DNA of 63,192 nt, filler included, from Folioceros fuciformis (GCA_049999805.1; 13 parts of 13 records of this genome joined end to end with filler, not necessarily neighbours in it), one strand, 5' to 3'; shown: positions 1-12,060, numbered from the whole stretch's first letter. Notes: generated by a model from the sequence alone, not told the origin. Program-made: numbers and translations.

Positions 1-310
1 GGTATTTATACCCTCTAGAAGAGCTCCCTAGGAAACTTCACAAGAAGCCCACAGGAAGTTGCACAAGAAGCTTCCTACAGATTAGTTTAAGCTAATCTAA
101 ACTAATGGTACTTAATTAGACACTAATCTTAGACTAAACACATTAGTCTAAGCACATTGGGCTTTAAGAACCCTACAACCGCCCCCTTAAAGGCCAATTT
201 ACCTCCATAGGGGAGTGGTCTACCTCATGCCCATGAGTGTCCGAGCTTGTGCGAATTGTTCCAAAGAAAGCCCCTTGGTAAGAACATCTGCAGGGTTCTG
301 ACTGGTGTGA
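1..310 (-). mobile_element. 3' end of a Ty1/Copia LTR retrotransposon (RNase H end, PPT, start of 3' LTR)
   Basis: Minus strand 309..220 reads HTSQNPADVLTKGLSLEQFAQARTLMGMR* (Copia RNase H ADxLTK motif). It is followed by purine tract TTAAGGGGGCGG (190..179), an LTR starting TGTAGGG at 177, and TATAAATA near the window edge. Confidence 0.8.
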
Positions 311-410
311 NNNNNNNNNNNNNNNNNNNNNNNNNNNNNNNNNNNNNNNNNNNNNNNNNNNNNNNNNNNNNNNNNNNNNNNNNNNNNNNNNNNNNNNNNN
401 NNNNNNNNNN

Positions 411-610
411 ACCAAACCTATACCCACTCTTATAACCAAACCAACTATTTCCTGGTCAATTAACCTAATTAGCACAAAGAAAAATAGGAAAAATGACCAG
501 AAAATCAAGGAAAATTAGGGAAAATAAGTAGAAAAAGAAAACCAAACCATACCACTATTAACCCTTTTTCAACCAAAACAAACTACTACCCCAAACTTTG
601 GAGGTTCACA
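411..610. mobile_element. Terminus of high-copy dispersed repeat family A (probable LTR end ...GGAGGTTCACA), copy 1
   Basis: Near-identical to 57059..57761, 61399..61870 and inverted 62721..63192. All four end at the same TG/CA terminus with different flanks. Confidence 0.75.
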
Positions 611-1241
611 TAAGTGCTTAAGTAAGTAGTTGCTAAGTTAGTGACTAGAGCTCGTGTATAAAAGGGGACCTAGACAAGGGCTAAGGACAATTCAGTACAG
701 TTGAGTTGAGATCAACATCTCCTCAAAGCCTTGAGAGCACTGGGTGCTTGGGCTACGCCTTGAAGCATGTGTTGCTTGGGCTGAGCACATGAGAGGTGTG
801 CTCTGAAGGAGCTGTGGGAGGAGGTCAAGAGAAGGGAGAACTAAGCTCCTAGCTTAGGCAAAGATGGAGAGTTATCTCTAGCCCTCCTCGTAGTTTGAAT
901 AAAGAGCAGCAGCAAGGAAGCTGGTTGCGAGTCCTCTTAGAGGAGGAGGGCGGGCTACTTGGAGGCCTAGTGCTGTGTCTGGTATCTGATTACTGACCCT
1001 TGCTTTTGCTTCTAACTGCGTGGTTCTGCCCCACCCCGTTGAAGGGGGTGTTACTTACACAAACTTTTTCTTTAGGATTTTTGTCCACCTTGAAATTGTT
1101 CATGAATACAAATATGGACAACCTCTACTTCCGGATCTTTTTCTTCTCCAAAAATTATGTAAGAATATGTCTCGATATCCATTGTCTATATGCGTCTTTT
1201 ACAATCCCGCATCACTAGCCTTACCTCTATACTATATAAAC

Positions 1242-2235
1242 TTTTTTTTTTCTACTAACACGAAATCTTAAGGTTGTGGATGAATATGACCACACAATTT
1301 TTTCTTCATGTTCCTATTTGTATCAAAGCTTTCCACACACAAGCTCAGACACACACATTTTGAAAAAGCTCTTTACAACTCTTCGATTTTCACTATGTTT
1401 TGCCTCCCGAGCAGATCCTTTAGCATAACTTTCATACTAGAGCTTGGCAACCATATCCTTTAACAAGCCTTTCATACTGGAGCTTGGCAGCTGTATCCTG
1501 TAAGAGGCCTTTCATACAAGAGCATGGCAACCATATCCTTTAACAAGCCTTTCATGCTGGAGCTTGGCAGCCGTATCCTTTAACAGGCCTTTCATACCAG
1601 AGCTTTCCTTTAACAGGACTTTCATACCTAAGCTTGGTGGCCATATTCTTCATTAGGCCTTTCACAACTAAGCTTAGGGATTATATGATTCATCATGGCT
1701 TTTGCATGTGCATTTTTTTTTTCCTACTAACATGAAATCTTATGGTTGTGAACAAATATGACTACAGATTTTTTTCCTTCATGTTCCTATTTGCATCAAA
1801 GCTTTCCACACACAAGCTCAGACACACACATTTTGAAAAAGATCTTTACAACTCTCCGATTTTCACTATGTTTTGCCTCACGAGCGAATCCTTTAGCATG
1901 CCTTTCATACCAGAGCTTGGCAACCATATCCTTTAACAAGTCTTTCATATTGGAGCTTGGCAGCTGTATCCTTTAAGAGGCCTTTCATACTAGAGATTGG
2001 CCACCATATCCTTTAACAAGCCTTTCATACTGGAGCTTGGCAGTCATATCCTTTAATAGGCCTTTCATACCAGAGCTTGGCAGCCATATCCTTTAAGAGA
2101 CCTTTCATACTTGAGCTCAATGGCCATATCCTTTAACAAGACTTTCATACCTAAGCTTGGCGGCCATATCCTTCATTAGGCCTTTCACAGCTAAGCTTAG
2201 GGACCATATGATTCATCATGGCTTTTGCATGTGCA
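1242..2235. repeat. Higher-order tandem duplication (~470-520 bp x2), each copy with a 40-bp minisatellite
   Basis: 1242..1712 is repeated at 1713..2235. Internal unit CCATATCCTTTAACAAGCCTTTCATACTGGAGCTTGGCAG recurs at 40-bp period (1451, 1491, 1531, 1571 and from ~1925). Confidence 0.9.
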
Positions 2236-3189
2236 CAATGTTGCAAAGCTGAGTAGTGATTTCATTCAATAGGGTGATCACATATAAAGAAGTTCTCAAC
2301 CATTTCAAAGAAGCTGGGGAAGGAAAAAAAAAAAAGCAAGGTTCATATAACAATATGATCTACAACATCCTCAACAAAACATAGACAGAAACAATCCTAC
2401 ACTTATACTAACTCTAATGCCTAAAAAGCCCTAACCCTGCACGTCATCAACTTGAGTGGCAGCCTCCACATTTACAACATACTGTCATATAGGGCAACTG
2501 CATCCGCTAGGGCTCCACATTGCCTAGGCCAACATGCTTCCCCTCGTCCCTGTTGCTATCGCGAGGCTCTTAACTCCTCCCTTTGGTTGCCCTGACATGC
2601 TTGGCCTCCCTCATTCCATCCTAACCTATTGGCGATCTGTTTATACTCGCCTTCAGTCAGGTCCATTACCACCTCCTATGTTTCTTCAATGTTGTCTTGG
2701 GCCCATAATTGTTGCCTCACTATATAGCTTGCCTCCATTGTGCTCACTGTCTACACATCTTTCTCATTGCCCTAAGCTAGCGACTACACTCTCACACCAT
2801 CATTGGATGGCTTACTTTCATTGCCCAACTTGCCCCACTTTAGACTAGCTTTCTTGCAAGCTTGGTAGCCTATGGCTCCACAAGCCTATGACTATGAGAC
2901 AATAGGGATCAAGGCAAACATATTTGGAAGAAATATAGAACCAAAGGCATATGTTCATATTGAGTTCAAGGACAATTTGACTACAATCAAGTGTAGTGAT
3001 GTGGATAATGACATCCTTGCTGAGGTTGTCGCTACAACATTATTGTTCACCATTCATGAATAATGTTGTTGCTAGTCAAAGGAGAAGGCATTATTAGCAA
3101 CCCTGCTTCTCCTCTTTATCCAATCACTTCATCAAGCTTTACAAATTATTATTTTCAAGAAGTTCCACATCAAGGCCTTCAAAAGGGTA

Positions 3190-3497
3190 TATGAAGGTGT
3201 AGAAGAACAACAAAAAGAAAGAGAAAGGTTAGAAGATATAATGGTTTGGTATTTTTGCAAAGGAAATGCGAAGGTGTTTTTTTTTTTTTTTCCCTTTTTG
3301 GTTTTCAAAGGAAGATCTTTGAACATTAACTCTCCAAAGGAAAGAACCAAAGGAGATCTTTGAACGTTAACCAAAAAGGGAAAAAAAGAAAAAGAAAAAA
3401 AGAAGAAGAACACCTTAGCAAGTCCTTTGCAAAAATACCAAACCATTATATCTTCTAACCTTTCTCTTTCTTTTTGTTGTTCTTCTACACCTTCATA
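3190..3497. mobile_element. Fold-back / MITE-like element with long inverted arms
   Basis: About 75 bp of perfect inverted repeat (TATGAAGGTGTAGAAG...GCAAAGGA vs its reverse complement ending 3497), extending imperfectly to ~115 bp. TA at both ends. Confidence 0.75.
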
Positions 3498-3647
3498 ACG
3501 TTCAAAGAATGTTTAGATGCCTTCAAAAACAAGGAAGTAACCAAAACGAGATAAGATCTTCATTCCTTTTTGAGACATATGTCCTAACCGACAATGCCAT
3601 AAGGAAACACTTGGCTGTTCCGTTACACAAATCATATGATCCTTGAC

Positions 3648-3747
3648 NNNNNNNNNNNNNNNNNNNNNNNNNNNNNNNNNNNNNNNNNNNNTTAATTAAT
3701 TAANNNNNNNNNNNNNNNNNNNNNNNNNNNNNNNNNNNNNNNNNNNN
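3648..3747. other. Artificial contig linker (44N-TTAATTAATTAA-44N); also at 7954, 11885, 24804, 32386, 40465, 42847, 47371, 50911, 54846, 56959, 60913
   Basis: Identical 100-bp structure with a six-frame stop palindrome, 12 occurrences; genes are truncated at these points. Confidence 0.97.
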
Positions 3748-3811
3748 GACTACGCCAGTGCCGGAGCCGTAGCTGCAGCGGAGGAGACGAGGGGAGGGAG
3801 CGGGAGGCGCA

Positions 3812-6276
3812 ATGGACTTCACATTGATGCTGCGGGCGGCTCACCGACACGCTTTGCCCACTCCAATTCCGCGGGACGGTGGCTGCAAATTCTGCCAGAG
3901 CCAAGCCACGTCTCAGGAGGGGGGATCGGGCTCGGGCCAGGGGCCCGGGGCTGGCGGGGCGCAGTCGACGGCGCCCCTCAGCGGCCGGCTGCAGTTCGAG
4001 AGCGCGTCGCTGCAGGGATTCGCGTCGGGTTGCCAACATGTAGACAGCGGCGCGGCGTACCTGCACTGGCCCAGCTCGCGGCGNNNNNNNNNNNNNNNNN
4101 NNNNNNNNNNNNNNNNNNNNNNNNNNNNNNNNNNNNNNNNNNNNNNNNNNNNNNNNNNNNNNNNNNNNNNNNNNNNNNNNNNNCACCATACTGGACCTCA
4201 TGACTGTGCGCGCCTTTCACAGCAGAGCGCTGCGTCGGCATAGCCTGGGATCCGCACTGGGATTCCGAATTCGTGGCGGGTTGCTCACCAGCACGCCCGC
4301 CATTATCGTCTTCGTAGCCCGCAAGGTGCACATGCAATGGCTGCTTGAGGTGCAGAAGCTGCCCTCGGTCCTCGAGGTACACGGACAAATATAGTAGCCT
4401 GGAGTACTGTGCGTGCGCTTCACTTGCCGCCTGAATGACGCCCCTTGGTGGGTGGTTCAGGGACCAGGAGGTGTGTGGTGCGACGTGGATGTCCTGGAAT
4501 TCTCCCATTACACCGCGCCGGCAGGTAGCCAGAAGGAACAGGTGCACGGCGATTTGGTGGAGGGGCTGCGAGGAAACGACCCTTGCATTGGCTCCGGTTC
4601 GCAGGTGGGTTGGTGGGTGGGTGCGTTTGGGGCTACGCTTTTTACCCCTTGCCAGTGGTGAGCTGTTGTGCATGTGGATGTTCATCCTGGGTTTGCGTCG
4701 TGCGTCATCCAGGTCGCGAGTCAGGAGACGTATGGGACGATCGGGGCTGTGGTTCGAAGCCAGACTGGCAACAGGCAGCTGGGCTTTTTAACCAACAGGC
4801 ATGTGGCGGTGGACCTTGACTATCCTAATCAGAAGATGTTCCATCCTCTTCCGCCCAACCTCGGGCCAGGGGTGTTCTTGGGGGCGGTGGAGCGGGCGAC
4901 GTCTTTTATATCGGATGACCTGTGGTATGGCATCTTCGCGGGCATGAATCCAGGTCCGGTTTCTCACCACCCGCCTGTGTGTGTGTGCACTGTGAGTAGC
5001 GTGGCTTTTGGATGCGGAACTCTTGAACTAACAAGCCCTGTGGTGGTGCCACCCTGGGTCTGTGGCTTGGCAGAGTCGTTTGTGCGGGCGGATGGAGCCT
5101 TCATTCCTTTCGCAGACTCGTTTGACCTGGCCAACATCTCCACATCTATCAAGGGCGTCGGGGAGATTGGGGATGTCATGAACATTGATCTGCAGGACTC
5201 CATTGACAACGTGGTGGGGAAGCACGTGGTGAAGGTGGGGAGGAGCTCCGGCCTCACCAAGGGTGTCATTATGGCTTATGCAGTCGAGAACAATGATGAG
5301 AACGGCATGTGTTTTTTCACGGACCTCCTCATCGTAGGGAAGGACAGGCAGAGCTTTGATCTGGAAGGGGACAGTGGCAGTCTGGTTCTCGTGTGTCCGA
5401 AAGAAATCCATCATAAACCTAGACCGATTGGTATAGTCTGGGGAGGGACGGCTAATCGGGGCAGGCTCAAGCTCGGCACTGGTTACGGACCTGTAAACTG
5501 TACAAGTGGAGTGGACATTGGGCGCCTTCTGAAGCTTCTGCAATTGGACCTTGTCACCTCCGTTGCTGCTTTGGAACCTCCTGCTGGCCGCACTGATCAA
5601 AGCAAGGAAGCAATCGCATACGTGTTTTAGTGAGAGCTTATATATGTATACATATATTTTTGGCGCGTGGGACTGAGGCGTGTGTTTTACATGACAGTAC
5701 TAGAGCTAGTTATTGCCAGAGGCTAGAGCAAGTTCAAATTGTAACGGCATGCGCCTTCCGATCGCACGTTTGTACTAACTATTTGTCTGTTTGTGTGTGT
5801 ATGTAGTTTCTGGACTCGGTGGCGATGTGGATGCCCCAGATTCCGAATTCGAGCGCCTAGGTCGGTTCCAACTCTAACAACCTTAGAGAGTTGGAATTCT
5901 GCGGCATGGCACAGAATGAGCATTGCAGTGCTTTGCATTACCATCTCATCCCATGACATTAATTTGTTCCCAACACCGCTGAACGAATTGTGTGTTAAGT
6001 TGTCCAGAAGCAGGAAGGAGCAGCGCAGGAGGTGAGAAACAAGCAATGCCCGACAGGCGAGAAGGTACAAGTGAGGTGGATGGAAAGCAAGCTGCAACTG
6101 CTGCTCCTTCAACCGAACCGGCCGGGGGCGGGGGCGGGACCGCGTGGGGCGAGGAGGGCGTTCAAGAGCAAGCTGAGGATTCATCAGCAGGTCGAACAAG
6201 CCAGTTCTTCCCTGATTTCACCAGGACCGTGGATTCAGGTGCACGCGAAGGGAAACGGAGACGCGGCAGCACGTAG
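3812..6276 (+). CDS. NAL1: NARROW LEAF 1-like trypsin-family serine protease, multi-exon
   Basis: Motifs IIVFVARKVH, GPGGVWCDVDVLEFS, GFLTNRHVAVDLDYPNQKMFHPLPP (His), FVRADGAF (Asp), LEGDSGS (Ser), WGGTANRGRLKL. GT-AG introns near 4377-4460, 4605-4712, 4954-5073. 3' end uncertain: either the stop at 5630 or extra exons at ~5807-5859 and ~6008-6276. Confidence 0.9.
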
Positions 6277-7374
6277 CAAGGGGGCAGGGCAACGTGGTGT
6301 CGGCAGTGAGAATCGGAATGTAGACAATTGTGTACAGCTCGAACGGAGTATACCATCCTTTTTTTTTCTGCCTGCTCCAGCTGAGAACATTCTCCAATAA
6401 TCGTGCGGCGCCACCGGCTTGACTTGAATGCCGTCTTCAAGCTGATGCACAATACTCGAGGCCATTATTCATGCTACCCTTCCACCTCAACGTAACGCCC
6501 ATGGGCTCATCGATCTCTGCCTACCAAACTAATCTGGCTCCCCTCCCAAAGCACGTGGGACCTACCAAGTAGCGCATCCAGATCTGAATTCCATGTCAGT
6601 AAGGCATACTGGGGTCGAGGATGCCAGGGGCGTGCCCAGCCTCCATGACTCTCATCAACCTCCCTCCCGGTGGTCTCGTAGCAAATCCTTTCTGGGTTAC
6701 CCTTCCTAATCCTACCTTGGTAGCCATAAAGCATCTTCGTATCGTATCACTCAGATCGCTCCCGCATCCTGTTATGTGCAGTACCATCATTTTGGGTCTG
6801 AGATAAAAGCCTGGTGAGCAAGCACCGGCCTAGTATCCTCCATCCAAGACATAATCTGACGTAACGAATCGGGGCGGGAGATGCCGGGCCCCATTCCCCG
6901 TTCCGTTACGTCACACTCCGTTCCGATTATGGGATGCGACTTCGTTGACTACAGTCTGTCCAGTGTACAACTGGCCTCTGCTAAAAATCTCCATGTCCGG
7001 GCCAGGCCGAGCCGGCCCGGAGGCCCTGACATGCTCCAGGGCCCACTGTCACTGCGCGTGACCACATCCCCGCGACACGTATGGGACTCTCGTGCACTAG
7101 GCTCAATTGAAAACCTGGAGGTTTTAAATAATTCGCACGTTTTGGCACGCCAAGAGCGGGATCACCACCTAGCGGAGGCAAAAGCAGAGGCAGAATCAAA
7201 GGCAGAGGCGGGCGGCAGGAGAGGGCGGTCGATGATTGATTTGGTACAAAAGCTGCCTGCAGGCTTAGGACCCAATCAGGTGGTGAGCCAGCCATCAAAT
7301 CTTTTCCAACAAGCAGAACGGAGGAGTCAGATCATGAGTGTGTGAGATCATTTACGCGAAGGAGAAGGCGAGAG

Positions 7375-7914
7375 TCAGAAAGACGATAGCCCCGAGACGC
7401 GCCGCAGTTGCTCATAAGACACCCAGAACACGAATTGCCAGGGCCCCAGCCTCGCCCATGTGGGCCAGAAACCCTTCCACAGGGCGCCTACGCCCTCTGC
7501 CCTAACAGTTCGGTTCAAGCAATGCAGCGAGTTTCTGTAGATAGGGGTAGCACCTCCACCAGCCTGGTTCATCATCCTCGTCTTCACAACGTCGGCGGGA
7601 CAGCTCAGGACGGTGGCTGCAAGACCTGACATGAGGGAAGCTATGGTGTGAGCGAATACGTTGTCACCCGACAGGCCGTGCCGGATGGTGAGCTGCTTGG
7701 CCTGGTCGTAGCAAGCCAGTTCCCCCATGTTCACCAGGAAGGCTCTCTGCACGTTAGGCCCCACGCCCCTCCACAGGCCTGCTACACCTTCCACCTTCGT
7801 TATCTTGGACAGGGCGTCTATAATCCCGTTGTACCGCGGGGCCTGCCCAAGGCTCGCCAGCCGCCCGTCGGCCTGCATCCGCACTTTCACCAAGTCCACA
7901 GGGCTGGCGATCAC
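7375..7914 (-). CDS. PUMP3: Mitochondrial uncoupling protein 3-like carrier (SLC25), last exon; 5' part cut by linker
   Basis: Carrier signatures SPVDLVKVRMQADG and CPADVVKTRMMNQ, plus NMGELACYD and WARLGPWQFVFWVSYE. Acceptor CAG at 7917-7915. Confidence 0.85.
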   Translation of the reverse strand: MIASPVDLVKVRMQADGRLASLGQAPRYNGIIDALSKITKVEGVAGLWRGVGPNVQRAFLVNMGELACYDQAKQLTIRHGLSGDNVFAHTIASLMSGLAATVLSCPADVVKTRMMNQAGGGATPIYRNSLHCLNRTVRAEGVGALWKGFWPTWARLGPWQFVFWVSYEQLRRVSGLSSF

Positions 7915-8053
7915 CTGCAGCAACAACCACACGGATTTTGGGACCTCCATGCANNNNNNNNNNNNNNNNNNNNNNNNNNNNNNNNNNNNNNNNNNNNTTA
8001 ATTAATTAANNNNNNNNNNNNNNNNNNNNNNNNNNNNNNNNNNNNNNNNNNNN

Positions 8054-9678
8054 GGGCGGCTGTGCGTAGGCTCTATCTGTCCCTGTACAACTGGATCCTC
8101 TTCGCTGGGTGGTACGCAATTCTCCTCGATCGTTTCTCTTCGTGGAATTGCGTCTTGGTGACCAGCTATGATGGTTGGCATTCGCATGCAGGTTGCGGAT
8201 TCTCTACTTTGCAGTAAATGCTATTGTGAAGCTGGGCCCCGCTGCAGTTTATCCAGCGGTCGAGAAAGATCTGCAGATATGGCAAACTGCCGCGTTGTTT
8301 GAGGTAGCATGGCTTCATACAACTGCATGCTTCGCTGCACGTTGTGCTTGTCGCCCATCCTGATTGTGGTTTTCTTATTGTGTGTCCTGCTGCGGGACCT
8401 TGGTCCTATTGAAGATCTTCAACAGCGTTGTTGGTGAGTGGGCTTCGTGGCTGTAGGTTGTAGGTTGTGTCTGACTTGAGGTAGGCTGCTGAAGGCTGGA
8501 ACAATTGCTCCTCCTTCAGGCATAGTCCGTTCTCCGGTGAGTGCAACGCTTCCGCAGATAGCCTCTCGCATCTATGTCACATGGGGGATCTTGTGGAGCT
8601 TCCCAGAGGTAGGGACAACGTAGCCCTTTAATTTCTTGCATTCAGGGTTGCCTCTGCGTTAGCTGAGATTAATGAGAGCGGTACCACGTGATTGCAGACC
8701 AGAGAGCATTGGTTGGTCGGAAGCCTTATTTTGAGCTGGGGGATAACTGAGGTCTGATCTCTACCTCCCTGCAGTAGTTGCAGCTGTCTGTGCATTCTTA
8801 AGAGCCTTCCGGTTTGATATCCATTTCCTCAGACGTCCTAGCTTCTGCTTACTCTCTTGCACCCGTCCCTAGGTGATACGGTACTTGTTTTTCGGCCTCA
8901 AGGAGGCTTTCGGGCAAGCTCCTTCCTTCCTGACATGGCTCAGGTGAGGCTGTTTTCACATCATGATGCACTAAGTCTTTAGTTTGCAAAGCTCTCTCGT
9001 GTATTGACCCTTTTGTAACAGATATTCCACCTTCACCATTCTGTACCCAACCGGCATATTGAGCGAAGCTGGGCTTATCTACGTCGCATTGCCCTACATT
9101 AAAGTAGGCTCTCGTACATGCATCCGTGCTTTCACCTGCAATGTTATGTGGCTTGCCTGGCTTCCTCTCAATTTTTCTACCTTCCTCCTCCCCTCTGTAA
9201 CCAAGAACGTTTGCTACCTTCCTTCTCCTCTCTGTAACCAAGAAAGCTTGCTACCATCCTCCTCCTCTCTGTAACCAGGAAAGTTTGCTACCTTCCTCCT
9301 CCTCTCTGTAACCAAGAAAGTTTGCNNNNNNNNNNAAAGTTTGCTACCTTCCTCCTCCTCTCTGTAACCAAGAAAGTTTGCTGGTCTGATGGATAGGAAT
9401 CTGAGCTTTACAGCATAAGGATGCCCAACAAGTTCAATTTCGGATTCGACTATTATTTTGCATCGATCCAAGCTCTCCTATGCTACCTGCCAGGCAATGC
9501 CTCACGTCGTAGCAGTCACCTGTCTAGCTGTTTTCCTTGTGAGCTGCCTACTGTGGGTATGATGTCTGCATTCTGATACGTCAACGTCTGCACAGGAGCC
9601 CCATACATGTACCTCTACATGGTGGGTCAAAGGAGGAAGGCTCTTTCGAAAACCCAGGTCAAAAGCAAAGCCTCCTGA
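8054..9678 (+). CDS. PAS2: Very-long-chain 3-hydroxyacyl-CoA dehydratase PASTICCINO2, 9 visible exons, start just off-fragment
   Basis: Spliced reading RRLYLSLYNW / QTAALFE / VRSPVSATLPQIASR / SWGITE / VIRYLFF / YSTFTILYPTGILSE (catalytic Y,E) / RMPNKFNF / YMVGQRRKALSK...KSKAS* (ER KxKxx). Confidence 0.92.
9172..9382. repeat. 37-bp minisatellite inside PAS2 intron 9104..9396
   Basis: Unit TTTGCTACCTTCCTCCTCCTCTCTGTAACCAAGAAAG, ~5-6 copies with a 10-N gap. Confidence 0.9.
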
Positions 9679-9984
9679 AGACGAGGAGATAAGTGGTGGT
9701 ACGCTTGCGCTTGTAGTATCCCAAGGAGCGACAGGTTTTTAAGCATCATAATCCCTTAATTGTGCAAACTAATTAGAAGCAGGAACTGCAGCCAGGACCT
9801 TTCCCAAAGTCAGTTATTTGAAATTTGAAATAAAGTCTAATGCGTAGTGTTATCCGTGAAGCTCAATGAAGTCTAACTCACAAATGCAGACAGTAACACC
9901 ATCATCTCTCTTTCAGGTGTTCAACAATGCACTTTTCCTTGCTCATGGGAACACTTCCCTCAGACAACACCGACGCCTTGTTCT

Positions 9985-10787
9985 TTACTTCTGACCTCCC
10001 TCGTCCGCGACAACCTCCTTCCCTCCAGCGAAGTAGTCCTGGCTGTAGGCAAAGTTCAAAAGCGCATTAGACATATTTCGAGGTGAACTCCTCACCGAGC
10101 ACTCTGCAAATGTTTAAGGGCAACAGTGGGCGGACATAGAGAAAGCAGCAGGTTAAACGTGCATACTTAATTTTCCTGGACAGCTGATAAATGGCCGTGG
10201 ACCCCATCGCCACATTCACGCTGAACAGGTTCCAGTTTTTCTGCCACATTTTGCAGCGGTAGGTCCATCAATCCCGGTTGCAGCACATCTCTGAATTCCA
10301 TAACAGGCCCACCCTGTTTCTCCTACTACAGCAGCGGTAAGTGCAGATACGTCAATTCCACTTACCGGTGTGATGACAGTGGAGTACCGCGACCAGATCA
10401 CCCCGGTAGCTGCCAAAGCTGTACCAGACACAAAGCTGTCATCCGAACGCTCGGCAGACGGACGGTATAACCAACCACCCTTTGCACCACACCAACCCGA
10501 AATCTTACCAAGTTGCTGGGGATAAGATATCCTCTCTGGAGGCTTCGAGAAATCCGCAATGTTCGCAATGGACAAGCCCCATTTGAAGGTCGGAGCCCAG
10601 AAATGTACTGCACAAGAACCATCGACGTAAACCCTATACTCAGTACTGACTCAGAAAGAGGCACGACCAACGCCTCCAAGTCCGCAAGAAAACCGCACCC
10701 GCCAGAAACCGGGTAGCAAAGGGGAAGGAACGTACTTGTCTTGGGCCCGGCTGGGTGATTCCACAGAGCTGCAAGCTTGCTCCCCAT
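9985..10787 (-). CDS. MPC2: Mitochondrial pyruvate carrier 2 family protein, 5 exons
   Basis: MGSKLAALWNHPAGPKT / HFWAPTFKWGLSIANIADFSKPPERISYPQQ / ATGVIWSRYSTVITP / KNWNLFSVNVAM / NQDYFAGGKEVVADEGGQK*, with GT-AG boundaries. Confidence 0.93.
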
Positions 10788-11542
10788 CGACCAGCGCAAG
10801 GAAGACCGCAATTGCACAACTGGCCCGGCCCTTAGCCTGTCCCAACGCCGACCTGTGCAGCGGGGCAAGCAACACGAAACCCTGAGATCCGATTCAGCGA
10901 CAGGCCATTCCACCTGCAACGAATTCGCGCACACGGCACACAGGGCTGCACTTGAGAAACTTTACACACCTGGCTGGCTACAATCCACCTCGGCACACTC
11001 AAAAATCTTGCTGCCAATCTGCAGGTGCCACCATAGCCCTGTACCTAGGTCACCCTCCCGAAAACGCTCCCTAATTGCGACTTTCTATTATTCCGAATCA
11101 AGGACGGTATTTGTGGGTATTCTGTTCAAACCAAGGTGTTAGACAGCAAGCAAATGCAATTCTTGACCAGACCCATCCGTCACCTAACCAGATCCATCTA
11201 CTCAAGTATGAGTCTTGATTATGGTTATTAATCAGATTAGATACATAAAATTGAATTATACATATATAATCACCTTATTTCTATGTATGTTTTAATTCGT
11301 TGAATAAGCTTTTTAAATGATGAAGATGACAATGATTTGAATAATGAAAAAATTAGTCCATGTCTCATGGACTACTCTTCCTTGCTTTAAGCTTTGGGCT
11401 TTAAAATGTGTGAATGTATTTCCATGATTGTTAAACATATCACTTGTTAGATGATCTTTTCTTTGAGCTCTCTGAAAGGTCCCACAAGATGGATTTGACA
11501 TAGCAATTATCTTTGCTCTCCCAAAGTAATCCTTACAACTAG

Positions 11543-11884
11543 TTACACAAAAAGCCGCCTTCCAGATTCCAGAGGCTGACCCGTTTCATCACACGCCATG
11601 TACATATGAAAAAGATTGCCTTGTTCATCAATCCTTAAAGGTTCCCAATTATCAGTCAAAACAAATTCTTGATAAATCTTCTCCCCTTCTTGTGATGTGA
11701 GAATCATTGGTAGGCCAAGGGCACCACATATGACTCCTGTCTTCAATCCCTTAAGGCCATTGAAAGTAGTACTATATTCTGGGAACTCTGATGAAGCTGT
11801 AAATTGCTTATAATACGTTACATCCAAAGCTCGAAGATCAAAGATCAATGGGCCTTGATGGTCGCATAAGATGAAGAATTGCAC
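11543..11884 (-). CDS. C-terminal part of an unidentified protein (AT-rich, cut by linker)
   Basis: 113 open codons running off the fragment edge with protein-like composition; no family recognised. Confidence 0.4.
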   Translation of the reverse strand: MQFFILCDHQGPLIFDLRALDVTYYKQFTASSEFPEYSTTFNGLKGLKTGVICGALGLPMILTSQEGEKIYQEFVLTDNWEPLRIDEQGNLFHMYMACDETGQPLESGRRLFV

Positions 11885-12060
11885 NNNNNNNNNNNNNNNN
11901 NNNNNNNNNNNNNNNNNNNNNNNNNNNNTTAATTAATTAANNNNNNNNNNNNNNNNNNNNNNNNNNNNNNNNNNNNNNNNNNNNACCTCAGCCTCATCCC
12001 CCGCCTTCCCCTGATCTCTCCAACCTGCTGCACGCTGCTTCTCAGCTAACTGCCTCCAGC

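Noticed and set aside
1410..2200. CRISPR-like array (also 9172-9382 and 52990-53170)
   Set aside because: Units are head-to-tail with no unique spacers, there are no cas genes, and the context is eukaryotic.
2872..3063. RRM-like fragment (KAYVHIEF)
   Set aside because: A single short motif in decayed repeat-rich DNA; insufficient support.
3692..3703. Recurrent TTAATTAATTAA palindrome and ORFs ending in LIN
   Set aside because: Synthetic six-frame stop linker.
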